64,000 bases of DNA from Bacilli bacterium (GCA_028705995.1 JAQWCH010000005.1:2670-66669), one strand, 5' to 3'. Positions 9,149-19,803 are shown, counted from the first letter of the stretch. Notes: generated by a model from the sequence alone, not told the origin. Program-made: numbers and translations.

Positions 9149-10177
9149 TTAACGATATTCTTTTTTCTGTTTTGTTATTGCGATTGTTTCTTGATAAATT
9201 TCAAGCAAGCCTTTACCAATAATATCGAGTGAGCGAGCTTTAGCAACCTGATATCCTGCCTCAACCATTGACGTTAAATCTTGTTCATAAATCGAGTAAA
9301 TTATGCGTGTGAAATCTTCGTTATTTACACCTTTAAAACAATTGACACCCGCTTGAAGCCAGTCTTCATAAACTGGAATATCCCGAATAATCAGTGGTAA
9401 GCGGCTAGCAAGTGCTTCGAGGACGACGATGCCTTCGGTCTCTTCGTATGATGGAAAAAGCATGGCGTCGGCACGTTGTAAAGCCCCGCGGATAACTGCT
9501 CCGCTAATGTAACCGGGTAAAACAACATTAGAAGGTTTTTTCGCGATTGCCCGTAAAATTTTCCGCGCTGTTGCAAAACGCGCGAGATGGCCAAACCAAA
9601 TAAATGTGATGTCCGGCATTTTACGTGCGACATCGATAAAATCAATTAAGCCCTTGCGCTCAAATGGTAAACCAATGCCAATCACAACTTTTTGCTGTGG
9701 TTTAAGTTTAAAATAATCAAGATATTCCCGAACCGCATCGGGGTTAGGCGCGTATTTTTCTAAATCAATTCCGTTTGATAATGCCCGGACTGGACAACGT
9801 ACATAAGGATAATTTTCAATTAATCGTTTCGAATAGTTAGTCGGTGTGACAATAATATCAGCCGAACCATAAATTCGCTTTAGATTGCGATCAAACCATG
9901 GTTCAATTCGCTCCCAAGCCCGGAACGAATTACGAAAATCTTCTTCCGTTGAGTGGCCGTGAACAAGCACTGGAATACCTCTAGCTTGCAAAGAATGCAT
10001 GAATTTTGCTGATTGTTTGAATGTTGAATTTATATGAACAAAATCATAGGTATCACGCGGATCAAAAGTAGTTTGAACTCCTTGCAGTTCAAGCGCTTTT
10101 TTCTGGTGTTGAAGAGCACGCCCAATGCCGGATTTTTTTAGAGCCTTTTTCCCTTGCTCATATAAAAGAACTTTCAT
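9149..10177 (-). CDS. GT4-family glycosyltransferase (likely glycolipid synthase)
   Basis: MKVLLYEQGKKALKKSGIGRAL... has a GT-B fold, with the E(T)EGIVVLEA motif of GT4 enzymes. I chose ATG 10177, since the ORF-track start 10213 would overlap the upstream gene. The start is uncertain. Confidence 0.75.
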   Translation of the reverse strand: MKVLLYEQGKKALKKSGIGRALQHQKKALELQGVQTTFDPRDTYDFVHINSTFKQSAKFMHSLQARGIPVLVHGHSTEEDFRNSFRAWERIEPWFDRNLKRIYGSADIIVTPTNYSKRLIENYPYVRCPVRALSNGIDLEKYAPNPDAVREYLDYFKLKPQQKVVIGIGLPFERKGLIDFIDVARKMPDITFIWFGHLARFATARKILRAIAKKPSNVVLPGYISGAVIRGALQRADAMLFPSYEETEGIVVLEALASRLPLIIRDIPVYEDWLQAGVNCFKGVNNEDFTRIIYSIYEQDLTSMVEAGYQVAKARSLDIIGKGLLEIYQETIAITKQKKEYR

Positions 10178-10184
10178 ATTTTTT

Positions 10185-11336
10185 CTATTTTTGTACCTCT
10201 TCAAAGGCGGCAAATTCCCAAGTTGGATTCGCTAAACGCACTTGCGCAACTGATGCTTTAAATAAAACGTTTTCGGCATCAATAACGTTGCGATTAACTT
10301 CACGACTTTTTGCTTTTTGTAAGCGCCCTAAGACATATGCGCATTCTGATACGGACTTTGAAACAAGGCCGCTATATAGAAAATATGCTCTTAGTGTGGG
10401 TAACGCTAAATCGTTACCGACAAACTTCCGTGTTTCTTTATCCATTGTATTCATAAAATATGCTTCAGCCGCTTCTAAATCATTATTTTGCAACAAGAAA
10501 TAAACTTTTTGGGCAGCCGCCCGGGCGGCGACTTCAATATTTAATTGGTTTTTATTTGCCACTAACTCATCGACTAATAGTCCCGCGGTTTCTAAGTCGG
10601 CTTGATACGTTCTTTGATAAACAGCAATTAAATTCACTTGACTCGTTAGCGTTGTGATTTCTTCAAAAGCAACAACTTGATCAAGTTCTTCTTCGTTTTC
10701 ATTTTTTTCTTCAATTACTGATAAAGCATTAAACGCTTGTACATTAATTGGTTTGGAAATTAAAGCTAGACGATAACCGTCATTCATCGTGTCCATCTGA
10801 AACGGCATAATGTTGTAGAGCATAATCATCCCGCCAATCGCAACAAAAATGAGCGATGAATATTTGATGAATGCCGCAATAGGTACGTCGTTTGTGCTTG
10901 GTTCTGGAATTAGTGAATACGCCGTAATAAGTGCTATAACTTCAATCACGTAAAGAATCAGTGGAAACCAAGAATACATCTTTGGGGATGCTTTATCAGA
11001 TTTCGCTGCGATTTTTGTCTCACCGGTTAAGCCATTGAATGAACGGAATGTAAACCGCCATTTATTCTTAATTTTATAAAAACATAATCCGAGTACATTC
11101 ATCGAGCGAACACGGTATTTACCAATTTTCGCACCAATGATGTGTCCAACCTCAAAAAGGACAATATTGAATATCAATCCAAGTAGAATAGAAATAATCG
11201 CAAAAGCGTAACGCGAAGTTGTCGATGTTAACTCAAGTTTATCTAATGCTGGGCCAATCACGGTCATGCCAACAAAGATTGCGATGACGAACATCAATGC
11301 ATATACAAGTAAAGTTGCAAAATCTGATTTTTTCAT
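10185..11336 (-). CDS. M50 (site-2 protease)-like membrane protein with degenerate zinc motif and a helical C-terminal domain
   Basis: 383 aa and multi-TM. FEVGH sits where M50 has HExxH. A NIMPFQMDTMNDG motif resembles the M50 NxxPxxxxDG motif. The C-terminal 170 aa or so are helical. An AAGGAGA SD is present. Confidence 0.5.
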   Translation of the reverse strand: MKKSDFATLLVYALMFVIAIFVGMTVIGPALDKLELTSTTSRYAFAIISILLGLIFNIVLFEVGHIIGAKIGKYRVRSMNVLGLCFYKIKNKWRFTFRSFNGLTGETKIAAKSDKASPKMYSWFPLILYVIEVIALITAYSLIPEPSTNDVPIAAFIKYSSLIFVAIGGMIMLYNIMPFQMDTMNDGYRLALISKPINVQAFNALSVIEEKNENEEELDQVVAFEEITTLTSQVNLIAVYQRTYQADLETAGLLVDELVANKNQLNIEVAARAAAQKVYFLLQNNDLEAAEAYFMNTMDKETRKFVGNDLALPTLRAYFLYSGLVSKSVSECAYVLGRLQKAKSREVNRNVIDAENVLFKASVAQVRLANPTWEFAAFEEVQK

Positions 11337-11347
11337 AGTGTTTCTCC

Positions 11348-12517
11348 TTAATAAGCGGCCCGGAAAATCTTAAGAGCAAGATTGCGGTCCAACGGCTTTA
11401 AGTGATGTTTAATCACATCACAATCAGAAAATAAGTGATTAACGATAAGCGGAAGCGCTTCTTCTGTGACGCCAAATGTTTTTAAGTTATTGGGCATCCC
11501 AAGTTTGTGATAAAAGTTTTCTAGCGCAACGATACCCGCAAATGCTGCTTTTTCATCGTCTGGTTCTTGAACATCAAAAACGCGACGCGCAAAACGCGCA
11601 AATTTCGCTTGATCAATTTGATAATACTGTTTGGCCCAAGCTGGAAATAAAACCGCTAGTCCTACACCATGCGTTACACGTGGATAAAGCCCGCCAAGCG
11701 CATGTTCAAGCAAATGCACAGGCATTGATGATGGTTTGCCTAGGCTTGTGAGGCCATTATGGGCCAAAGAACTTCCAAGCATGAGATTCGCTCGCGCTTG
11801 GTAATTATTAGGCTCTTCCATAACTTTTAAACCTGCTCCAACAATGGAATGAAGCAAACCTTCAGCAATAGCGTCACTAAGTTCAAATTCTTCACTTGGA
11901 TTAAAATATCGCTCAATTGTGTGCATCATCATGTCCACAATACCGGCGGCTGTTTGTGTCGGGGAAACCGAATAAGTTAATTCAGGGTTTTCAATTGCAA
12001 AAAGCGGACGATTTGTATCCGAATTAAATCCAATTTTTATGTGGTTAAACTCATCTGAAATAACGCTACTTGTGCTTGATTCACTACCAGCTGCGCTAAT
12101 TGTTAATATAACGCCGACTGGTAACGCTTTAGTCGGTTTTGTTTTATGTAAAGAAAAATCAAATGGGTCTCCATTATAGAAATATCCATGGGCAATTAAT
12201 TTTGCAGAATCAATCACTGATCCACCGCCGAGCGCAAGAACCAAATCTATTTTTTCGTTTTTAAGTTGTGGTAATACTTCACGAATTAAAGAAATTTCTG
12301 GATTAGGTTGAACACCGCCAATCTCAATAAATGTGATTGCTTGTTCTATTAACGATTGTCGGACAGTATCTAAAAGTCCGCTTCTAATCACAGATCCTTG
12401 TCCATAATGGATTAAAACACGGGAAAAACCGTAGCTCTTGATAATCTTGCCAACGTTTTTTTCTTGGTCACGGCCAAAATGGATGGTGGTTGGGTTGTAA
12501 TACGTAAAATTCTTCAT
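11348..12517 (-). CDS. iron-containing (group III) alcohol dehydrogenase
   Basis: 389 aa with GGGSVIDSAK and HxxxH-type metal motifs, resembling YqhD/BdhA-type enzymes. Confidence 0.85.
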   Translation of the reverse strand: MKNFTYYNPTTIHFGRDQEKNVGKIIKSYGFSRVLIHYGQGSVIRSGLLDTVRQSLIEQAITFIEIGGVQPNPEISLIREVLPQLKNEKIDLVLALGGGSVIDSAKLIAHGYFYNGDPFDFSLHKTKPTKALPVGVILTISAAGSESSTSSVISDEFNHIKIGFNSDTNRPLFAIENPELTYSVSPTQTAAGIVDMMMHTIERYFNPSEEFELSDAIAEGLLHSIVGAGLKVMEEPNNYQARANLMLGSSLAHNGLTSLGKPSSMPVHLLEHALGGLYPRVTHGVGLAVLFPAWAKQYYQIDQAKFARFARRVFDVQEPDDEKAAFAGIVALENFYHKLGMPNNLKTFGVTEEALPLIVNHLFSDCDVIKHHLKPLDRNLALKIFRAAY

Positions 12518-13068
12518 TTTTTTGCCTTTGCTTTTCTAAATTTTTCGATTGCGTCTGTCAAATAAGTGTCGGCAAGAATCGAAACTTGCTTAATTAGCAC
12601 TTTGGGGTCTTCCTTGCGGCCACTATCAGCCCAATGAACGACAACAAACACAAAGCTCGGTGCATAAAACTGCGAAATAAACTTTTTGTTCGTGCTGCTT
12701 AAAACATTATCCACATCGATTCTATTTAACTCGCGCAGTTGCATCGTATATGTTGTATTGTACAAAAATTCAATAAATAACTCACGTCCCGCGCTTGAAA
12801 GAGTGTTTGAAATAAAAGCAGCATTATCGTTTACATAGCGGAAAACAAATGTTAATGCTTCTTCCCAACTTGTTACATGATCAATATTTTCCACTGTTTC
12901 ATTCAAATAAATCCAAGTGAGTAAATCATAGATGTTACGGAAATGGTAATAAAATGTTTGGCGATTAACTTTACACATTTCTGATATTTTTTTAACAGTA
13001 ATCGTGTCAAGAGGCTGTGTCGCCATCAACGTTTTGAGTGCTTTCCCAAGTTTAAGTTCTGTTTTCAT
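12514..13068 (-). CDS. TetR family transcriptional regulator (DhaS-like)
   Basis: The N-terminal HTH reads ITVKKISEMCKVNRQTFYYHFRNIYDLL. It has an ATGA overlap with the ADH gene. Confidence 0.8.
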   Translation of the reverse strand: MKTELKLGKALKTLMATQPLDTITVKKISEMCKVNRQTFYYHFRNIYDLLTWIYLNETVENIDHVTSWEEALTFVFRYVNDNAAFISNTLSSAGRELFIEFLYNTTYTMQLRELNRIDVDNVLSSTNKKFISQFYAPSFVFVVVHWADSGRKEDPKVLIKQVSILADTYLTDAIEKFRKAKAKK

Positions 13069-13073
13069 GTTTT

Positions 13074-13988
13074 TTACCTTTTATTTCTAATATCGCAATA
13101 AGCTTTGGCGATTTGTGCACCAAGTGCTGCGTTATTTTTAATTAGTGCAATGTTCGCATCGAGCGATTTTCCTTCGGTGATATTGGCAATTTCCTTTAAG
13201 AGGAATGGCGTAATTTCTTTGCCGTTAATTCCTTTTTCCCTTGCTTTTTCGACAGCTGCGACAATTGTCTTTTCAATTAAATTCGGATCAAGAGAATACT
13301 CATCGGGAATCGGATTGGTTACAAGAACGCCGCCATCAAGCGGAAATGTTCTTTTAACTCGAATAATTTGTGCAATTTCTTCAGGGGTATCGATTTTTTT
13401 ATCGACGCGATACGCTGAATCTTTGGTATAGAATGCTGGGAGTTTTTCTGTTTGATAACCGTATACCGGCACGCCCATTGTTTCAAGATATTCTAGTGTA
13501 AGTTTTAAATCCAAAATTGCTTTCGCACCGGCACAAATAACCGTGACATTAGTTTTTGCTAATTCTTGTAAATCCGCTGAGACATCAAATGTTGTTGATG
13601 CTCCGCGGTGAACACCACCAATCCCACCAGTAACAAAGAATTCAATACCGGCTTTAGCGGCTAAAATCATTGTAGCAGCAACGGTTGTTGCTCCCCATTT
13701 TCCATTTGCCATAACTTCAGCCAAATCACGACGAGACACTTTTTCAATGCCTTTTTTCTGACCAAATTGACTAATTTCTTCTGGCGTCATGCCAATAATT
13801 GGCACGCCATCAATAATACCAATTGTTGCCGGTATTGCTCCGTTTGCACGAATCACTTCTTCAACCGCTAATGCGGTTTCAACGTTTTGTGGATATGGCA
13901 TACCATGCGAAATAATTGTGCTTTCTAGTGCAACAATTGGTCGATGATTGCGAATTGCTTCAGCAATTTTATCAGCGATTTTTATCAT
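13074..13988 (-). CDS. psuG: pseudouridine-5'-phosphate glycosidase
   Basis: IVALESTIISHGMPYPQN and GGIGGVHRG motifs are present. The start is set at ATG 13988 (GGAGGA SD), which overlaps the ATPase gene end by 17 nt. Confidence 0.85.
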   Translation of the reverse strand: MIKIADKIAEAIRNHRPIVALESTIISHGMPYPQNVETALAVEEVIRANGAIPATIGIIDGVPIIGMTPEEISQFGQKKGIEKVSRRDLAEVMANGKWGATTVAATMILAAKAGIEFFVTGGIGGVHRGASTTFDVSADLQELAKTNVTVICAGAKAILDLKLTLEYLETMGVPVYGYQTEKLPAFYTKDSAYRVDKKIDTPEEIAQIIRVKRTFPLDGGVLVTNPIPDEYSLDPNLIEKTIVAAVEKAREKGINGKEITPFLLKEIANITEGKSLDANIALIKNNAALGAQIAKAYCDIRNKR

Positions 13989-16488
13989 TATTGTCCTCCG
14001 CTTGTTGTTCTTGAATAATTCCATCGAGATTTGAATTTTTAATCATTTTTGCCATCGACCGATCTAAAAAGAAATACAAGATTGCCATTGCGCTAACGAT
14101 TACAACAATCTCGATAATATGCTGCACAGTTAATAATGGGTAATTGATATCAAATAAATCCCATTTTTGCCAAATAGATAACGCCATTAAGCTGCTTGTT
14201 AAGATAAATAATGTTGAAAACAAAATTGTCCGATACCAATTAAGTGGCCATGAAATACGGAAGAGGATAATGAATGAAAACACATTCATCACGAAGACCG
14301 AAACCGCAATCACAATCGTTGGATCATTAATTCCGGTTGAACCATGGAATACTCCATCAAATGCTTTCAACACATAAACAGCAATAACACCTAATACCAT
14401 GACAATTGCCGCTGGTAAAGCGCGCGTGACAACATTTGACATAAATGTTCCTTGAACTTTTGTGCGATTAGGCTGCAACGCTAAGAAAAACGCGGGTACA
14501 CCGATTGTTGCTATTTCCCAAACATACATGTTTTGTGTGGTAAATGGGTAAGCAATTTCTCCACCACTTGGTGCTAAAATCGATGCCGCGATGAATAAAA
14601 TTGTCATAATAATTGAGAAGAAAGTTTTGACTAAAAATAACGACCATGTCCTTTGCAAGTTGTTAATAACGCGCCGGCCTTCGTTAACAACATCAGGCAA
14701 TGACGAAAAATTTGATTGTTGTAATACTAAGTGAGCGACATGACTAGCGGCGCTACTGCCATTTGCCATTGCCGCTGAACAATCGGCTTGTTTTAAGGCT
14801 AAAATGTCGTTAACGCCATCACCAATCATCGCCACAGTTTGTCCGTTGCTTTTTAAACTTTGAATAATAATCGCTTTTTGTTCAGGATTAACGCGACCGA
14901 ATACTGTTGTTGTCAACGCAAGACGGGCCACATCGATGTCACTAACGTCATAAAGTGATATCGGATTTTCTGCCCCAATAATACCGACATCCTGTGCGAT
15001 TTTACCCACAGTCAATGGATCATCACCAGAAATCACTTTAATTTGCACGCCATTTTCAATAAACCAGCGTATTGTCCGTGCCGCGTCATCACGAATATGA
15101 TCTTGAATAACAATAAAACTCACTGGTTCAAGTCGTGATGGTATTTTGCCTTTTTTAATCGGCGTATCACTTGTAGCAAGCACGAGCACACGATAACCGA
15201 GTCGAAGGTATTCTTCTTCAATTGGCCGAATTTCCGCATACGTTTTTTTATTTAATACAAACGCTGCCGCACCTAAAACAAATGTTTTTTTGTTTTCAAA
15301 AGTAACCGCAGAGCGCTTTAATGCGCTTGAAAATGGAATAACTTCAATTGCTTTATAGTAGTTGTTATACGGGCATTGTTGCAAAATTGCATCGACGGTT
15401 GGTGAGCGATCTTCTGTCGAGGCAAGAAATGCGCCTAAAACTTTTTCAACTTGAATTTTTTGACTGCTTCCAAATTTATGAATTTTAACTAAATCCATTG
15501 TTCCGTCAGTAATTGTTCCAGTTTTATCAATACACAAAACATCGGTGCGCGCGAGCATTTCAATTGAATACATTTCTTGAACTAAAGTGTGTTTTTTTCC
15601 TAAATTAATAACCCCGACTGTTAGTGTCATTGATGTTAATAGATACATTCCTGATGGAATCATTGATACCAGTGATCCGGAAACGCGTTTTACATTCATC
15701 GCAACATCGACTTCCTGATAAACGTTTCCAAGAATAAGCAAACCCGCTAAAAGAAAAACAATCACACCAATGACTTTAAAAAGACTATTAATTGCCCCTA
15801 GTAATTTCGATTTGGGGCGTTTAAATTCTTTTGCCTGACTTTGAAGTTTTTGTACAAAACTCTTAGCGCCAACTTTCATTACTTGAACGCGAGCTGTACC
15901 GCTTGTAACAAATGAACCACTCAAGACTTCGTGTCCCGCTTCTTTATGAATTGTTTCTGCTTCACCTGTTAATAGTGATTCATTTACATCAATAAACCCA
16001 TTAACAATTAATCCATCAACAGAAATTTGATCGCCTGTCCGTAAAATAATGATGTCGTCAAGGACAATCCTTGAGTTATCAATATTGATAATTTCTCCAT
16101 CACGAATTACATCAACTTTTGGGCTGCTAATTAAAGAAAGTTTTTCAACCATCTTTTTCGCCCGAATGTCTTGAATAAGACCAATTCCCGTGTTAAGCGC
16201 AAGAATTATTAAGAAAAACAAACCTTTATAATATTGTACGGCAATCATTGCTGCAGCAATGATGTATAAGAGAATATTAAAAATCGAAAACACATTGGTG
16301 CGGATAATTTCCCAATAACTTTTTGTCAAACGACCTTTGGTCACATTCGTGAGCTTATCAGCGATGCGTTCAGCGACTTGTTCAGCGCTAAGGCCGTGTT
16401 GTGGGCTCGGTAAAAACCGCTCAATATTCGATTTTTCTTTTGTGTGCTTGGTGGTTTTTTTCTTTTTAAACAATAATTTTTTCATCAC
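13972..16488 (-). CDS. cation-transporting P-type ATPase
   Basis: 838 aa with TGE (LTGEAE), the DKTGTITDG phosphorylation site, the GDGVNDILAL hinge and about 10 TM helices. Confidence 0.9.
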   Translation of the reverse strand: MMKKLLFKKKKTTKHTKEKSNIERFLPSPQHGLSAEQVAERIADKLTNVTKGRLTKSYWEIIRTNVFSIFNILLYIIAAAMIAVQYYKGLFFLIILALNTGIGLIQDIRAKKMVEKLSLISSPKVDVIRDGEIINIDNSRIVLDDIIILRTGDQISVDGLIVNGFIDVNESLLTGEAETIHKEAGHEVLSGSFVTSGTARVQVMKVGAKSFVQKLQSQAKEFKRPKSKLLGAINSLFKVIGVIVFLLAGLLILGNVYQEVDVAMNVKRVSGSLVSMIPSGMYLLTSMTLTVGVINLGKKHTLVQEMYSIEMLARTDVLCIDKTGTITDGTMDLVKIHKFGSSQKIQVEKVLGAFLASTEDRSPTVDAILQQCPYNNYYKAIEVIPFSSALKRSAVTFENKKTFVLGAAAFVLNKKTYAEIRPIEEEYLRLGYRVLVLATSDTPIKKGKIPSRLEPVSFIVIQDHIRDDAARTIRWFIENGVQIKVISGDDPLTVGKIAQDVGIIGAENPISLYDVSDIDVARLALTTTVFGRVNPEQKAIIIQSLKSNGQTVAMIGDGVNDILALKQADCSAAMANGSSAASHVAHLVLQQSNFSSLPDVVNEGRRVINNLQRTWSLFLVKTFFSIIMTILFIAASILAPSGGEIAYPFTTQNMYVWEIATIGVPAFFLALQPNRTKVQGTFMSNVVTRALPAAIVMVLGVIAVYVLKAFDGVFHGSTGINDPTIVIAVSVFVMNVFSFIILFRISWPLNWYRTILFSTLFILTSSLMALSIWQKWDLFDINYPLLTVQHIIEIVVIVSAMAILYFFLDRSMAKMIKNSNLDGIIQEQQAEDNNDKNR

Positions 16489-16577
16489 TTTGCCCCGTAT
16501 GTAAAATTATATAACAAATTACCGCCAATTTTTGGTTTTTTTGTCAAATGTCTATATTTTTTAGTATTTATACTAAT

Positions 16578-19235
16578 CTATTCGGTTCTTAAGGCAACAA
16601 CAGGATCTTTTTTGGCAGCAATTTGTGCTGGAATTAGCCCACAAATTAATGTTAGTCCAATGTTTACCGCGACAAGAATAAGACCTGCTAATGGGTGCAA
16701 ACTAGCAATCGCTCCAATCGCAGCTTCTGGATAGAGGTTATTGATTATGATGTTGATCAAAATGCTTAAAAGCAACGTGACGCCAATACCGATACCACCG
16801 GAAAATAGCCCCACCATGAATGTCTCCGCATTAAATAAACGCTTAATATCTTTTTTACGTGCGCCAAGTGCGCGCAAAATACCAATTTCTTTTGTTCGTT
16901 CAACCACAGATGAATAAGTGATAATACCAATCATCACTGAAGAAACCACAAGCGAAATGCTGGAGAAAACAATTAAAACTGCTGCCACAACATCCACTAA
17001 TGTAGCAATATTATCAGTGATTACTCCAACCATATCGCTGTATTCAACCTTAGCTTCATCATCTTTATCTTTGTTCCACTCGTTAAGTCGCCGAATAATA
17101 GTTTTTTTGCCATTGCTATCCTTAGCAAAAATCGCAATTGAATAAACGCGTGAATAAGTTAAATCAAGCAAGGAATAGCGGAACGATAATCCTAGACCAG
17201 CAAAAATATCTTCAAATACATTTAATGCGTAATCGCCATTATCTAAAGATGAACCGACGTATTTAGCCATCGAAAGATAATCCGTAAACAACTTTTCTCT
17301 TTTAGGTTGAGGGACGCTCTCGCCATAAGTGTAATCGTAATAAAATGGGCTATAAAAAGTGAATATATTTTTAATAAAATCGTTTGATGACAAGAGACTA
17401 CTTGAACTATCTTCGCCCTCAGCTCCGGATGCAGATGCCAAAAACGCATCTGTTATTTCGCTTTCGGTCATATCAATAGTGTAATTATTTTCAATATCGA
17501 TCGCGATTGGCGATGTTTCATTCTCGATAATCATTTGATCTTTTAAAGTCGAAAGATATCCAATACCGGATTCCATCACATCATAAAGTGCTTTTTCTTC
17601 TTTTACGCGGAGGATGCCAACAATATGTAATTCCTCACCAATATTTTCGTCTTCAAACATTGCATCACTTTCCGCTAAAGTTGGTTGGCGGTAGATTTTG
17701 ATTTCTTTTTGAGTTCCGTCATAGATATTATCAACCATGAAAGAAGTGTGTTCACGATAATAATCCGTGTTGTTATAAACTTTGAATTTGCGACCAATAA
17801 ACTCAGTAAAATCAATGTAGTCACCAGTAAAATCTTCACCGATGATACCAAAGTTGAGAAGTTTTGTTTTTTCAATTTGATTGTATTGATCAACAATTAA
17901 AACAAGTTCGTTTTTATTGCTTGGATACCGCGAGTTGCTTCCAATCAAATCATAGTATTCACTTACAAATTGTTCGCTGCCAAGCAATTCATGAAAATTT
18001 CCGCCCGGAATTGGGTTAAACGCCATGTCATAGCTCGTGCTTCCCATTTCATAAACACCAATATTGTCTTCACTGCTATCGGGCTTCTCGCCAACGAGGT
18101 TGAAATATGTCATGTAATTAACAATTACGCTAGAAGCAATACCGTCCGCTTCCATCTGCTTTAAATAATCAATATATTCTGGTGTAATAATGTTATGTTT
18201 AAACGTAACGAATTGACTGCTTGATTGTGTGTCATCGCGGACAACAACATGTTCTTCATCAGGAAACTCTTCCGGTGTTTCCACTAAATCAGGACGTACA
18301 AATGAGTACGAATCCGCATAAACACCAATTGGATATGATGATAAAGTGCCTTGTTCAACGCGATTGACATAACCATTAAATCCGTTGGACACTGCAAGCA
18401 CTAAAGCAACACCAATAATACCAAAACTCGCCGCGATTGATGTCATTGTTGTGCGACCTTTTTTGGTCATAATATTTTTCCAAGTGGTTTTAATCGCCGT
18501 CCAAAAAGACATTGATGTTTTTTTGTTTTTTTCTTTTCCGATAATTTCGCTATTTTCATTAAAAGGTTGTGTATCCTCGGTAATCACTCCATCGAGCATC
18601 TTTATTGTTCGGTCGCTATATTTTTGCGCTAAAAGTTCATTGTGTGTAACCATAATCACGAGCCGTGTTTCAGCAATCTCTTTAAGAATGGAAAGAACAC
18701 CGATGCTTGTTTTAGTGTCCAAGGCACCCGTCGGTTCATCTGCTAAAATAATATCTGGATTATTAACAAGCGCGCGGGCAATCGCCACTCTTTGTGTTTG
18801 ACCGCCTGAAAGTTGGTTGATTCGTTTGTATAATTCACTTTCAAGACCTACGCTTTTTAATGCATCAATCGCTCGTTGACGCCGTTCTTTTGTTTCAATG
18901 CCCGCGAGTGTTAATGCCATCTCAACGTTTTCGAGCACAGATAAATGTGTAATTAAATTATAGCTTTGAAAAACAAAGCCAATCCGATGATTGCGATATG
19001 CATCCCAATCTTCTTCATTAAAATCTTTTGTCGATTTTCCTTCAATGATGATGTCGCCACTAGTGTAGTGATCTAAACCACCAATGAGATTAAGCATTGT
19101 GGTCTTACCACAACCTGATGGTCCTAAAATTGAAACAAACCCTTTTTCCGGAAATGAAAGATTGACGTCTTTCAAAACATGGAAAGGGCGTTTGTCGATA
19201 TAGTAGTCTTTAAAAATATTTCTTAATTCAAGCAT
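16578..19235 (-). CDS. fused ABC ATPase / FtsX-family permease (MacB type)
   Basis: The N-terminus has Walker A GPSGCGKTT, signature LSGGQTQR and Walker B ILADEPTGALD. One TM helix follows, then an extracytoplasmic domain of about 480 aa and a C-terminal FtsX 3-TM module. Confidence 0.85.
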   Translation of the reverse strand: MLELRNIFKDYYIDKRPFHVLKDVNLSFPEKGFVSILGPSGCGKTTMLNLIGGLDHYTSGDIIIEGKSTKDFNEEDWDAYRNHRIGFVFQSYNLITHLSVLENVEMALTLAGIETKERRQRAIDALKSVGLESELYKRINQLSGGQTQRVAIARALVNNPDIILADEPTGALDTKTSIGVLSILKEIAETRLVIMVTHNELLAQKYSDRTIKMLDGVITEDTQPFNENSEIIGKEKNKKTSMSFWTAIKTTWKNIMTKKGRTTMTSIAASFGIIGVALVLAVSNGFNGYVNRVEQGTLSSYPIGVYADSYSFVRPDLVETPEEFPDEEHVVVRDDTQSSSQFVTFKHNIITPEYIDYLKQMEADGIASSVIVNYMTYFNLVGEKPDSSEDNIGVYEMGSTSYDMAFNPIPGGNFHELLGSEQFVSEYYDLIGSNSRYPSNKNELVLIVDQYNQIEKTKLLNFGIIGEDFTGDYIDFTEFIGRKFKVYNNTDYYREHTSFMVDNIYDGTQKEIKIYRQPTLAESDAMFEDENIGEELHIVGILRVKEEKALYDVMESGIGYLSTLKDQMIIENETSPIAIDIENNYTIDMTESEITDAFLASASGAEGEDSSSSLLSSNDFIKNIFTFYSPFYYDYTYGESVPQPKREKLFTDYLSMAKYVGSSLDNGDYALNVFEDIFAGLGLSFRYSLLDLTYSRVYSIAIFAKDSNGKKTIIRRLNEWNKDKDDEAKVEYSDMVGVITDNIATLVDVVAAVLIVFSSISLVVSSVMIGIITYSSVVERTKEIGILRALGARKKDIKRLFNAETFMVGLFSGGIGIGVTLLLSILINIIINNLYPEAAIGAIASLHPLAGLILVAVNIGLTLICGLIPAQIAAKKDPVVALRTE

Positions 19236-19284
19236 ACATTACATTTTAAACGTTAAGTTCCTTTTATTCTATTGATTTGAAAAA

Positions 19285-19764
19285 CTATTTGGTTTTATTT
19301 TCTGCGCGCTTTTGTTGAAAATAATTACTGAGCATTTGTGAAGCGCGCGAAGCTTCGACACCATATGTTACCTTTGGACGATGATTAATACCTTGTTGTT
19401 CATAAAGATTAAAACTAGAACCAAGTGCGCCGCCCTTCGGATCACTTGCTGCATAAATTACTTCCTCAATTCGTGCCCATAAAATGGCGCCAGCACACAT
19501 TGCACATGGTTCCAGTGTGACATAAATTTGACAACCGGGTAAACGCCAAGATTTTAACTTTTTTGCCGCTTTACGAAGCGCAATTATTTCTGCGTGACCA
19601 GTCGGATCATTATTGTTCTCGCGCTTGTTGAAACCACGCGCAATTATTTTTCCGTCTTTAACAATCACAGCGCCAATTGGTACCTCATCTATTTTGGCCG
19701 CTTTTTCTGCTTCCTTAAGGGCAGCATTCATAAATTTAATATGCTTTTCCATTTTGTTTACCAT
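19285..19764 (-). CDS. tadA: tRNA adenosine(34) deaminase
   Basis: HAEIIALR and PCAMCAGAI zinc motifs are present. The start is ATG 19764 or 19752. The ORF-track start 19812 overlaps the SRP RNA 3' end and is rejected. Confidence 0.85.
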   Translation of the reverse strand: MVNKMEKHIKFMNAALKEAEKAAKIDEVPIGAVIVKDGKIIARGFNKRENNNDPTGHAEIIALRKAAKKLKSWRLPGCQIYVTLEPCAMCAGAILWARIEEVIYAASDPKGGALGSSFNLYEQQGINHRPKVTYGVEASRASQMLSNYFQQKRAENKTK

Positions 19765-19803
19765 CTTCTTTATGATTTTAACACGATATTTAAAAAACAA
19801 TTT

